From a virus (taxonomy: Duplodnaviria > Caudoviricetes), in IMG/VR virus record IMGVR_UViG_3300029309_000028, positions 1-61,398 of that record: 61,398 bases of DNA; one strand, 5' to 3'. Shown here in pieces: positions 20,328 to 29,606 of this stretch. The notes beneath the pieces are model-generated. The model did no database searches and was not told the origin of the DNA. It worked only from the letters and a program-made list of their open reading frames with translations. Numbering within the stretch: position 1 is the stretch's first letter; every line of letters starts with the position of its first letter. A program made the translations under genes and the position numbers.

Positions 20328-20677
20328 AAGCTATAGATATGTCAACTTTTGTTTACGTTCTAATAATGATACTTGTTTTTATGTCAGCAACAGTTTTTGG
20401 ACAAATAAAAGTAATTCAGTTTAACGCTGAGTGGAACCAAACAAACCAAGTGCCTTGGGTACAAGAATTAAAAGACTGTAGAACTATAAGTTTTATTGAC
20501 ATCGGTAAAAACGCTGATGATGCTAAAAAACATAAAATTGCAGTTATACCTACTATAATTATATTTAAAGACGGAGAAGAAGTTGCTAGGTTTCAAGCTG
20601 ATTTAAGCTTTAAAATGGTAGCAACACGTGAAGATATACAAGAGGAAATAGATAATCAATTAATGAGCGACTTTTAA
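20324..20677 (+). CDS. Exported thioredoxin-fold protein lacking CxxC
   Basis: Signal peptide; VIQFNAEWN...IAVIPTIIIFKDGEEVARF matches the Trx pattern with the catalytic Cys replaced. Confidence 0.65.
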   Translation: MKAIDMSTFVYVLIMILVFMSATVFGQIKVIQFNAEWNQTNQVPWVQELKDCRTISFIDIGKNADDAKKHKIAVIPTIIIFKDGEEVARFQADLSFKMVATREDIQEEIDNQLMSDF

Positions 20678-20678
20678 C

Positions 20679-21071
20679 ATGCCAGGATCACCAATGCAAA
20701 ATAATATGTTTACAACTAGCTCTGGTTACAAACAAGAAGGTAACCCTTTTCCTGTAACTAGTTGTGGTAGACGTAGAAACACTGGTTCTCCTTTATTTAA
20801 AGCAGATCCTCGTAGAACTATTGGTAAAGGCAAAAACTTTAACAAAGTTTCTAAAAATAAAAAAGCAAGAGGTGGTGCTGCAGGTGGCGGTATGACTGAA
20901 AAAGGAGTTCGTGAATACAGAAGAAATAATCCTGGTAGTAAATTAAAAACTGCAGTAACTGGTAAAAATCCATCAAAAAAAGACGCGGCAAGACGTAAGT
21001 CGTTTTGTGCTAGATCAAGAAGCTGGAAAAGTGAAAGAGGTTTAGCTGCACGTAGACGTTGGAGATGTTAA
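20679..21071 (+). CDS. Small basic phage protein (RRKSFCARS...RRWRC; DUF6321-like)
   Basis: K/R-rich; motif recalled from marine phage proteins. Confidence 0.5.
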   Translation: MPGSPMQNNMFTTSSGYKQEGNPFPVTSCGRRRNTGSPLFKADPRRTIGKGKNFNKVSKNKKARGGAAGGGMTEKGVREYRRNNPGSKLKTAVTGKNPSKKDAARRKSFCARSRSWKSERGLAARRRWRC

Positions 21072-21081
21072 AATAATAAAA

Positions 21082-21327
21082 ATGGAAAGAAAATTAAAAA
21101 AAATATCAAAACAGCTAAAAGGAGCTAGTAAACTACACGCTGGTCAAGCTAAAAAAATAGACAGTATGATAAAAAATAAAGCATCAGCTTTAAAAATGAA
21201 AAAATCACCTGCTCTAGTTAAGCTTAGCGCTAGTTGTAAAGCAGCTGCAAAAAGAAAATTTAAAGTATATCCATCTGCATACGCAAATATGTGGGCTGCT
21301 AAAACGCAGAGACAAGGTAAGTGTTAA
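21082..21327 (+). CDS. Small basic protein (KRKFKVYPSAYAN; DUF5872-like fragment)
   Basis: Motif recognition. Confidence 0.45.
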   Translation: MERKLKKISKQLKGASKLHAGQAKKIDSMIKNKASALKMKKSPALVKLSASCKAAAKRKFKVYPSAYANMWAAKTQRQGKC

Positions 21328-21600
21328 ATGTATAGTCAAAGTAATAATCCGTTTAAAAAGCGTATGGGTAAGTTTAAACACTCAGATGCGCCAGATGCTA
21401 AAGGTAAATTTAAAAGCTTGTCAGCTTCAGGTTTAGCTAGTTGGATGATAAAGTCTCGTAAGGGTAACTTATCAAGAATTATTAGTAGCTTAAATCAACA
21501 AGTAGTTTTTAACAGAAAGAAAAATCCTAGTTACGCAGCTAAAATGAAAACAACTATGAATATAGTTAGAAAACGTTTAGGTAAGAAAAAAGATGAGTAA
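21328..21600 (+). CDS. Small basic protein
   Basis: K-rich ORF in an abutting gene cluster. Confidence 0.6.
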   Translation: MYSQSNNPFKKRMGKFKHSDAPDAKGKFKSLSASGLASWMIKSRKGNLSRIISSLNQQVVFNRKKNPSYAAKMKTTMNIVRKRLGKKKDE

Positions 21601-22048
21601 AGCATATAGAGGTGTATTAAAAGCTAGAATAACAAAGCTTTACGGTGGAAACGTAACTGTTACTAAAGCTAAAAAATTAAAAGCTAGAAAAGGCGCTACT
21701 TCTAGAGATAAACAATTAGCTAATTGGTTTATTAACATGCAAACTAATAAACCTTCACCTGCTAAACGTAAAGATCCACTTGTTGGTACTGGTAAAAAAC
21801 CAAAAGGTAGTGGAAGACGTTTGTATACTGATGAAAACCCAAAAGATACAGTACGTATTAAATTCGCTACCCCTAGTGATGCTAGAGCGACCGTAGCTAA
21901 AGTTAAAAGAATAAATAAGCCTTACGCACGTAAGATACAAATATTAACTGTAGGAGAGCAGAGAGCAAAAGTAATGAAAAAGACGCAAGTTGCTGCAATA
22001 TTTAAACGTGGTAAAGAAGCAATAAGAAAAGCAAGAAAAAATGTTTAA
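21593..22048 (+). CDS. Small basic protein (LYTDENPKDT motif)
   Basis: K/R-rich; overlaps the neighbouring genes. Confidence 0.6.
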   Translation: MSKAYRGVLKARITKLYGGNVTVTKAKKLKARKGATSRDKQLANWFINMQTNKPSPAKRKDPLVGTGKKPKGSGRRLYTDENPKDTVRIKFATPSDARATVAKVKRINKPYARKIQILTVGEQRAKVMKKTQVAAIFKRGKEAIRKARKNV

Positions 22049-22583
22049 AGATTTTGATATAAGTAGTTTTAAAAAGATGAAGCCGCCAGGTGATAATACT
22101 TTTGACACTATGCAAGAGATTAAAGCGTTAAAAAAAATACCTATAAAAAAAGATTTTGTAAAAAAGTTTGACGATCAAGAAAAAGCTTTTAAACAAACAG
22201 CGGAAAAAGAAGGTATAAAAAATTATGATAATAGTATAGCTGCTAAATTAATAGAAAAATCAGCACCTATAATATTAAAATTAAAAAAATATTTTGATAG
22301 ACCAAGACCAAAAGTTTTGGCTAAAAAAATGAATATAAAAATGAATGATATTGAAATGGCTTCAATGAAGACACCTTCATATCCTTCAGGACACTCTACA
22401 CAAGGTATGTTAATTGGGTTAACATTAAGCGCTAAATACCCTAGATCAAGAAAAGCGTTTATGAAAACAGCTAATAACATATCTGATAGTAGAAATGTTG
22501 CGCATGCACATTACAAAAGTGATAGTGACATGGGTAAAAAACTAGGAAAATCAATGTACAACCATATAAAAAACAAAATTTAA
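22041..22583 (+). CDS. PAP2/haloperoxidase-superfamily phosphatase
   Basis: KKYFDRPRP, PSYPSGHS and SRNVAHAHYKSD are the three PAP2 motifs. Confidence 0.85.
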   Translation: MFKDFDISSFKKMKPPGDNTFDTMQEIKALKKIPIKKDFVKKFDDQEKAFKQTAEKEGIKNYDNSIAAKLIEKSAPIILKLKKYFDRPRPKVLAKKMNIKMNDIEMASMKTPSYPSGHSTQGMLIGLTLSAKYPRSRKAFMKTANNISDSRNVAHAHYKSDSDMGKKLGKSMYNHIKNKI

Positions 22584-22584
22584 A

Positions 22585-23010
22585 ATGAAAAAAGCACCTG
22601 CTAAAATGAAAAAAAAGTCTATGGCTAAAGCTAAGATGCCAATGACAACTGTTAACGGTAAGAAAGTACCTGCTTTCGCTGCTGACGGTAAAGGAGCAAA
22701 CGATATGAAAAAAGGATCTGCTGCTACTATGAAGAAAAAATCAATGGCTAAAATGAAAAAAGCACCTATGAAAGTTACTGCTAAACAAAAAGCTAATTTA
22801 CCTGCTAATTTAGTTAAAGAAATAGCTAAAAAAGAAGGTTCTGTTGCTAAAATGAAAAAAGCTGCTATGAAACTTAAAAAAGAATCAATGGCAATGATAA
22901 AAAAATCTGCTATGGAAATGAAAAAAGTTTCAGCTATGAAAATGAAAATGAAAAAGTCTATGGCTAAAATGAAAAAAGCTTCTATGACTAAAATGATGAA
23001 AAAGAAGTAA
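22585..23010 (+). CDS. Low-complexity K/M/A-rich basic protein (histone H1/protamine-like)
   Basis: Repeated AKMKK/SMAKMKK units. Confidence 0.7.
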   Translation: MKKAPAKMKKKSMAKAKMPMTTVNGKKVPAFAADGKGANDMKKGSAATMKKKSMAKMKKAPMKVTAKQKANLPANLVKEIAKKEGSVAKMKKAAMKLKKESMAMIKKSAMEMKKVSAMKMKMKKSMAKMKKASMTKMMKKK

Positions 23011-23011
23011 A

Positions 23012-23296
23012 GTGTACTTACAAAAAGGTAATCCTTTTAAAAAGGTAAAACGTACTAAAGCAAAAGGTGGAGGTACAACAAAAGTATGCCTACCTAAAGC
23101 TAAAATAGCAAGTATGAGTAAGTCTGAAAGACAAGCTGTTATACGCGCTAAAAGAAAAGCTGGTAAAGCTGGTAAATACAGACGTTCTAGTAAAAGTTTT
23201 GTTACTGGTACTAGCAGTGGAGGTAGCTTAAAAACTTGGGTAAAGCAAGACTGGAGACAGGTTGCTAATCCAAGTAAAAAATGCGGAGAAAAATGA
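23012..23296 (+). CDS. Small basic protein (DUF5872-like fragment), GTG start
   Basis: CLPKAK..MSKSER..RAKRKA and LKTWVKQDW..KKCG motifs. Confidence 0.5.
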   Translation: MYLQKGNPFKKVKRTKAKGGGTTKVCLPKAKIASMSKSERQAVIRAKRKAGKAGKYRRSSKSFVTGTSSGGSLKTWVKQDWRQVANPSKKCGEK

Positions 23297-25524
23297 TTAG
23301 AATTTTATTACTATTATTTCCTATACTTACAATTGCACAAAAACCAATTGTAGTTAGTGTTACTACTGACCAATACCCGAGTGAAACGTCATGGTGTTTA
23401 TTTGCTGATAGTTTATATGGAGACACTATATCTTATTCAAGTGCTGGTGATTATAATATTAGTTACAACAATTATATAGACACTGCTTTTATAAGCGATA
23501 GCGTTAACAATATTACTTTTTTAATAAGAGATAGCTTTGGAGATGGTATTGATAGTGGTGGTAGTTATTTTGTTATAGTATGTAACGATACAATAGTTAA
23601 CTACCCACAACCTAATTTTAACTCAGGTTTATACTCTAATAGAGTAATACCACAATGTTTACCACAACCACCACCTTTACCACCAGGACCACCAATATGT
23701 GAAACTACTATAATAAACGTAAACTTAGATCAATATCCTCAAGAAACTAGTTGGGATATAAAAGATAGTACAGGTACTATTATAATATCAGGCGGAACTT
23801 ATAATAATGTACCAGATTATCAACCACAGTTTATAGTTAATTGTTTACCAATAGGTGAATTAACTTTTACAATATATGACACTTACGGTGATGGTGTTGC
23901 AGGTAGTTTGTGGGGTGGTCAAGATGGTTCTTATTACGTAATACAGTGTAATGATACTTTAGTTTACGGTACCGTTGCTAATTTTGGCCGTGATACAAGT
24001 CATGTTTTTATTAGTGACACATGTGCACCGCTTCCACCAGTTTATGGTTGTACAAATGATGATTATGTAGAGTATAACCCGCTAGCTACAATAAATGATA
24101 GTAGTTGTGCTACATTGAAAGTGTATGGTTGTACAGACAGCACAATGTTTAACTATGACTCATTAGCTAACACGATGGAAGATATTGATTCATGCGAGTA
24201 CACGTTAATACTACATGATTTAGTGGGTAATGGTTGGGTAGGTACAAGATTAGAAATATGGCAAGATGCTGATACATCTATATTTTTTATTAACGGACCA
24301 TATTTTAACAAAACATTTAACATAGGTTTGTATGCGCCGGCAGAGATACATGCTAAGCTATTTGTAAGTCAACAGGCTCAGCACACGGCGTTAGAGTGTG
24401 GTTTTACTTTAATAAACCCGTTAGGTGACACTACAATGAGTGTACAACCACCGTTTATTGTGCCTTTTAAAACTTACGACGCCACAACGTATTGTGGTAA
24501 TATTTGCGAAGAAAAAGTTTACGGCTGTTTAGATAGCACAGCGTTTAATTACGTTGATAGTGCTAATACAGCTTTACCTTGTTATTATTACCCTGGTTGT
24601 ATATCACCAGCATATTTAGAGTATCACGTAGATACTACTAATGGTTATTATACAGATATTAATATACAAGACAGCTGCAACACTTTAGCAGTGTTCGGTT
24701 GTATGGACGATACTATGTATAACTATAATCCGCTAGCTAATGTAGATAACGGCGGTTGTGTAGCTTATATATATGGTTGTACGGATCCGTTGATGTGGAA
24801 TTATAATCCGCAAGCAACAGCAAGTGATACGTGTATAGCATACGTATACGGTTGTACTGATCCGACAGCTTACAACTATAATCCACTAGCAAACACTGAT
24901 AACGGTAGTTGCGAAGAAGTAGTTTATGGTTGTACTGATAGCACTATGTATAATTTTAATCCACTCGCAAATGTTGACAATAATTCTTGTATACCTTTTA
25001 TCTATGGCTGCACTGATCCTAGCATGCTTAACTATAACCCACAGGCTAACACTGAAGATTTTAGCTGTATTCCTTACGTTTATGGTTGCACTGACAGTAA
25101 TGCCTTTAATTATGATTCAACAGCTAACACTGACAATGGTTCGTGTATTGCTATCGTTGAAGGGTGTATGGATGTCAACGCGTACAACTATAGCATCGAG
25201 GCTAACACTAACGATTCCGTGGCATGTTTGTATGCAGCGAATTGTATAACAGGACCTGGTAATCCTTATTGGTTAAACGATCCTTGTTATGCTTGGGTAT
25301 TAGAAGTTGATGACTATTGTTGTGAGAACGAGTGGGACACTATATGTCAAGCTACATACGATTATTGTGACGGAACTTGGTCTGGTCCGTTATTAACAAG
25401 ACAAGCTGAGAAGAAGCTAGTCGCTGTAACTGATCTTCTTGGTAGACCAACACAGATAATTAAAAACAAGCTTCTATTATTTATATACAGCGATGGAAGC
25501 GTAACTAAAAAAATAATAAAATAA
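23293..25524 (+). CDS. Secreted Cys-rich repeat protein with T9SS-like C-terminal sorting domain
   Basis: Signal peptide MIRILLLLFPILTIA; >10 GC[TM]D..A.NYNP.AN.D.GSC repeats; C-terminal TDLLGR...FIYSDGSVTKKIIK. Confidence 0.7.
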   Translation: MIRILLLLFPILTIAQKPIVVSVTTDQYPSETSWCLFADSLYGDTISYSSAGDYNISYNNYIDTAFISDSVNNITFLIRDSFGDGIDSGGSYFVIVCNDTIVNYPQPNFNSGLYSNRVIPQCLPQPPPLPPGPPICETTIINVNLDQYPQETSWDIKDSTGTIIISGGTYNNVPDYQPQFIVNCLPIGELTFTIYDTYGDGVAGSLWGGQDGSYYVIQCNDTLVYGTVANFGRDTSHVFISDTCAPLPPVYGCTNDDYVEYNPLATINDSSCATLKVYGCTDSTMFNYDSLANTMEDIDSCEYTLILHDLVGNGWVGTRLEIWQDADTSIFFINGPYFNKTFNIGLYAPAEIHAKLFVSQQAQHTALECGFTLINPLGDTTMSVQPPFIVPFKTYDATTYCGNICEEKVYGCLDSTAFNYVDSANTALPCYYYPGCISPAYLEYHVDTTNGYYTDINIQDSCNTLAVFGCMDDTMYNYNPLANVDNGGCVAYIYGCTDPLMWNYNPQATASDTCIAYVYGCTDPTAYNYNPLANTDNGSCEEVVYGCTDSTMYNFNPLANVDNNSCIPFIYGCTDPSMLNYNPQANTEDFSCIPYVYGCTDSNAFNYDSTANTDNGSCIAIVEGCMDVNAYNYSIEANTNDSVACLYAANCITGPGNPYWLNDPCYAWVLEVDDYCCENEWDTICQATYDYCDGTWSGPLLTRQAEKKLVAVTDLLGRPTQIIKNKLLLFIYSDGSVTKKIIK

Positions 25525-25526
25525 CT

Positions 25527-25931
25527 ATGGCAACAACAACTGCAGCGATTACGCTAACAAGTACTGATTTGCTTTCTGATTCATTGTCACTGTCAACAAC
25601 AGCTACTCTTACAAAAGCTGGAGGTGCTGTTGGCCTAGACCAGACATCAGGATTAGGAAGAAAAACTACAACAGCAACTTCAACGTTTACATTGTTTGAT
25701 GGTGCTGATTACACAGCAGCAAAAGCACATAAACTTTACTTAAAAAACACTTCTACTACAGACTCTGAATATTATACTCTAGTAGTTAACAGTGAAGAGA
25801 TAGGTAGATTATATGCTGGTGACTGGGCTTTTTTACCTTACTCAGCTTCTGCTGATACTAATGATATTAAGCTTACTCCAAGTGTTGGTACTACTATGAC
25901 GCTTGAATACATGTTAATATTTGAAGCTTAA
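25527..25931 (+). CDS. Putative structural protein
   Basis: T/A/S-rich beta protein in the late arm. Confidence 0.45.
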   Translation: MATTTAAITLTSTDLLSDSLSLSTTATLTKAGGAVGLDQTSGLGRKTTTATSTFTLFDGADYTAAKAHKLYLKNTSTTDSEYYTLVVNSEEIGRLYAGDWAFLPYSASADTNDIKLTPSVGTTMTLEYMLIFEA

Positions 25932-25937
25932 TAAGTA

Positions 25938-26252
25938 ATGGCTTTTACAGCTAGATATAACATAACAAGTTCAAACCCAACAGATCTTATAGCTGCCGGT
26001 GAAAACGCCGGCAACTTAAGGTCTATACTACTAACCAACGTACATAGTAGTAATTCTATTAGTGTAGACTTATCTTTATATAATGCTAGTGATTATAAAA
26101 CGACTTATATAATTAAAAACACAGCTATACCTTCTGGTACTAGTTTAGATTTAGATGTTTCTAATATATCTATAAACACAGCTAAAAATCAAGATACGTT
26201 AACAATAAAATGTTCTTCTGCTGATGGTATAGACGTAATAATAAGTAAATAA
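25938..26252 (+). CDS. Putative structural protein
   Basis: Small beta protein preceding the tail fibre. Confidence 0.45.
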   Translation: MAFTARYNITSSNPTDLIAAGENAGNLRSILLTNVHSSNSISVDLSLYNASDYKTTYIIKNTAIPSGTSLDLDVSNISINTAKNQDTLTIKCSSADGIDVIISK

Positions 26253-26253
26253 A

Positions 26254-28788
26254 ATGAAAAAATATATCGGTCAGCACATATTTGATTATGTTGCCAGCTT
26301 TCGTCAGAAGGTTGGTATAGGCACCGATACACCGGCACAACCTCTACATGTTAGTGGTAACGCTAGAGTAGATGGTGATTTTTTTATTATTGAGTCAAAT
26401 CCACAAATATTTCTTGCAGATACAAACCATAACTCTGACTTTTCAATTAATCTTAACAGCGGTCTTTTTAAAATTACAGACACTACAAACACTGTTGACG
26501 TATTGACTATAGACTCTTCTAGTAACGTTGGCATAGGTTTAACAAATCCAACTGAAAAGCTTCACGTTTCTGGTAACGCTATAATAACAGGTGATCTAAC
26601 TGTAAGCGGTACAACAACAACAATAGATACTACGAACTTAAACGTAGAAGATAAAAACATAACAATAAACTATAGCACCGGTGATTCTTCATCTACGGCA
26701 GACGGTGCTGGTATTACAATACAAGATGCTGTAGATTCTTCAAATGATGCCACTATTCTGTGGGATGCAACTAACGATGAATTTGATTTTAGTCATGGCG
26801 CTACTTTTAGCGGCGCTGTAAATTTTGGTGTTGACGACACTGGTGTAGATGTAAAATTTTATGGAGCTACATCTGGCAGGTTTATGCTATGGGATGAGAG
26901 TTTAGATTCTTTAATATTTAAAGACAATGTTGAAATAAGAATTGGTAGCGGTTTTGATTTAAGATTATCACATGATGGTTCACACTCAAGAATAAAAAAT
27001 AATAATGGTGATTTATTTATAACACAAAAGGCAGATGACGGAGATATTAGCTTCCAGTCAGATGACGGAAGTGGTGGTACAACAGAATATTTTAGATTAG
27101 ACGGTGGCGATGTTAAAACTATTGTTAACCAAACAATGGAGTTTCAAGACAATGTTAAACTTGCTATTGGTAATAGTGAAGATTTAACTATTGATCACAA
27201 CGCTACAAACTCAAGAATATTTAATAACACTGGAAACTTAAGAATAATAAATAGCGCAGATAACGGAGACATAACATTTGAGTCTGATGACGGAAGTGGA
27301 GGTGTAACTACATATCTAACTTTAGATGGTGGTTTTAGCTCACCACAAATAATAATGCCAGACAATGTTCAAATGAGTTTTGGTACTGGTTTAGATTTAA
27401 GAATTATTCATGATGGTTTTGATAGTTACATAACTAGCAATGGAACAGGTGACTTATATATAAGGCAAGCTAATGACGACAAAGATATTATTTTCCAAAG
27501 CGACGACGGCTCTGGTGGTTTAGCTACGTACATAACTATTGACGGTAGTACTAATAGAGTTAATTTTAATAAGCCTATTAAAGTAGCTGATAATACAGCT
27601 GTAAATATAGGTTCAGGTTTAGATTTACAATTAAGCCATGACGGTAGTGATAGTTATATATCTCAAAATGGTGCTGGCCATCTTTATATTGAAAACAACA
27701 ATGATGATCAAGATGTAATATTTAGATGCGATGATGGTAGCGGTGGTACAACAAATTATTTTAAGTTAGATGGTGGTGATGCTATAATTAAATTTGAAAA
27801 AGATACTAAGCACTTTGATAATGTTAAAGGAACTTTTGGTAACGCAAGTGATTTACAAATATATCATAGTGGAACAAAAAGTTTTATACAAAACGAAACT
27901 GGTCACCTTGACATACGTAATACAGCTACTAACTCTGATATTATTTTTCAAGCTGATGATGGTAGTGGTAGTTTTACTACATATTTCCAAATAGATGGTG
28001 GTGATGAAAAAATATATGCTTTTAAAGATGTGAAGTTTGGCGATGGCATAAGCGCTAGTTTTGGTAATAACGATCTTTTAATTCAACATAATGGTACTAA
28101 ATCTTTTATAAATAATTTTACGGGTGATTTAGAAATATCAAACTCAGCTGATGACTCAGATATTAAGTTTATTTGTGATGATGGCAGTGGAGGTACTCAA
28201 ACTTATTTAACTATAGATGGTGGTTTAGAAGCTGTAATTGCTCCAGACACTATATATTTAGCGGCAGGTAATAGTTTAGATTTAAGTCTTAGGCATGATG
28301 GTACTAATTCACATTTTCAAAATAATACAGGTAACTTAACTATTAAAAATGCTGCTAACGACAAAGATATTATATTTCAGTGTGATGATGGCTCTGGTGG
28401 ATTAACAACTTATTTTAAATTAGATGGTAGTATAGCTACACACGATGGTAGTTCTACAACTAGTATGTTTACTAAATGGGAAGACAACTCTATAATAAGC
28501 TTAGGTACTAGTAACGATGCTAGGCTTTATCATAATGGTACAGATACTTATTTAGATAATTTAACTGGTGATTATTACATAAGACAAAAAGCAAACGATA
28601 AAGATTTAATATTACAATGTGATGACGGATCAGGTGGTAATGCAACTTATATTACTTTAGATGGTAGTGATGTTAATACAACTATACACACTATAAAAGT
28701 ATTAATGCCAAACTTACCAACATCAGATCCAAGTAATGCAGGGCAATTGTGGAACGATAGTGGTACATTAAAAATTTCAGCAGGTTAA
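26254..28788 (+). CDS. Tail fibre / receptor-binding protein with 8 tandem ~70-79 aa DDGSG repeats
   Basis: VGIGT..P..LHVSG trimer motifs; eight IxFxxDDGSG[GS]xxxYxxxDG units; C-terminal LPTSDP..AGQLWND.GTLKIS. Confidence 0.8.
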   Translation: MKKYIGQHIFDYVASFRQKVGIGTDTPAQPLHVSGNARVDGDFFIIESNPQIFLADTNHNSDFSINLNSGLFKITDTTNTVDVLTIDSSSNVGIGLTNPTEKLHVSGNAIITGDLTVSGTTTTIDTTNLNVEDKNITINYSTGDSSSTADGAGITIQDAVDSSNDATILWDATNDEFDFSHGATFSGAVNFGVDDTGVDVKFYGATSGRFMLWDESLDSLIFKDNVEIRIGSGFDLRLSHDGSHSRIKNNNGDLFITQKADDGDISFQSDDGSGGTTEYFRLDGGDVKTIVNQTMEFQDNVKLAIGNSEDLTIDHNATNSRIFNNTGNLRIINSADNGDITFESDDGSGGVTTYLTLDGGFSSPQIIMPDNVQMSFGTGLDLRIIHDGFDSYITSNGTGDLYIRQANDDKDIIFQSDDGSGGLATYITIDGSTNRVNFNKPIKVADNTAVNIGSGLDLQLSHDGSDSYISQNGAGHLYIENNNDDQDVIFRCDDGSGGTTNYFKLDGGDAIIKFEKDTKHFDNVKGTFGNASDLQIYHSGTKSFIQNETGHLDIRNTATNSDIIFQADDGSGSFTTYFQIDGGDEKIYAFKDVKFGDGISASFGNNDLLIQHNGTKSFINNFTGDLEISNSADDSDIKFICDDGSGGTQTYLTIDGGLEAVIAPDTIYLAAGNSLDLSLRHDGTNSHFQNNTGNLTIKNAANDKDIIFQCDDGSGGLTTYFKLDGSIATHDGSSTTSMFTKWEDNSIISLGTSNDARLYHNGTDTYLDNLTGDYYIRQKANDKDLILQCDDGSGGNATYITLDGSDVNTTIHTIKVLMPNLPTSDPSNAGQLWNDSGTLKISAG

Positions 28789-28792
28789 AATT

Positions 28793-29248
28793 ATGATTAG
28801 TAAACACATTAGTAATAAAGAAGGTACGCACAGCAGAACAGCTTTACGTCGTGGTATTAAAAACAAACCAAACAAAGAACAGTTAGGTAATATGGTTAAA
28901 TTAGCTGAAGAAGTATTTGAACCACTTCGTGAATACGCTAATGGTCCTATAAAGATTAATAGTTTTTTCAGATCACCTGAGCTTAACAAAGCTATAGGTG
29001 GTTCTGTAAAATCACAGCATTGTCATGGCCAAGCAATTGATATTGATGACACATACGGTCATTTAACAAATGCTGAAATGTATAGGTTTATCAAAAAACA
29101 CTTAGACTTCGATCAAATGATATGGGAGTTTGGTGATGACGATAACCCTGATTGGGTGCACGTGAGTTACGTGAGTGAAAGTGAGAATAGAAATAGATGT
29201 TTAAAAGCATATAAACATCAAGGTAAAACTAAATATAAAATTATATAA
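28793..29248 (+). CDS. Peptidase M15 endolysin
   Basis: SFFRSPELNKAIGG..SQHCHGQAIDI...WVHVS zinc motifs. Confidence 0.85.
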   Translation: MISKHISNKEGTHSRTALRRGIKNKPNKEQLGNMVKLAEEVFEPLREYANGPIKINSFFRSPELNKAIGGSVKSQHCHGQAIDIDDTYGHLTNAEMYRFIKKHLDFDQMIWEFGDDDNPDWVHVSYVSESENRNRCLKAYKHQGKTKYKII

Positions 29249-29249
29249 C

Positions 29250-29573
29250 ATGGCATTAACAGGAAGTTTAACATACAAAGGTTTAACTATATCTAATGCG
29301 CACTTAAGAGTTATGCAAGCACATCACAGAGTTGTAGATACGTCTACAGAAGCTGAAGATGGTTCTGTAACTTGGAGCAAGACTTTATATGCTGATTACT
29401 CAGCTAGAGTTTATAAAGACGCTAGTTCTTACGCTGCAAACCCAGATGAAGCTATATATACTATAAGTGGATCGTTTACGCCTTCAGTGGCAGACGGAGC
29501 TACAGATATAGTTGAACAAACTTATGTTCACTTAAAAACGTTAGCAGATTATAAAGATCTTACTGACGCGTAA
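29250..29573 (+). CDS. Hypothetical protein, possibly tail-fibre associated
   Basis: Last + strand ORF before the terminator. Confidence 0.45.
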   Translation: MALTGSLTYKGLTISNAHLRVMQAHHRVVDTSTEAEDGSVTWSKTLYADYSARVYKDASSYAANPDEAIYTISGSFTPSVADGATDIVEQTYVHLKTLADYKDLTDA

Positions 29574-29606
29574 AAAAAAAGGGAGCTAAATGCTCCCTTT
29601 ATTATT
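29574..29606. terminator. Bidirectional intrinsic terminator between the converging arms
   Basis: A-run, GGGAGC-TAAAT-GCTCCC, then TTTATTATTTT. Confidence 0.85.

Noticed and set aside
26254-28788. Diversity-generating retroelement acting on the tail fibre
   Set aside because: No reverse transcriptase, and no near-identical TR/VR pair differing at adenines
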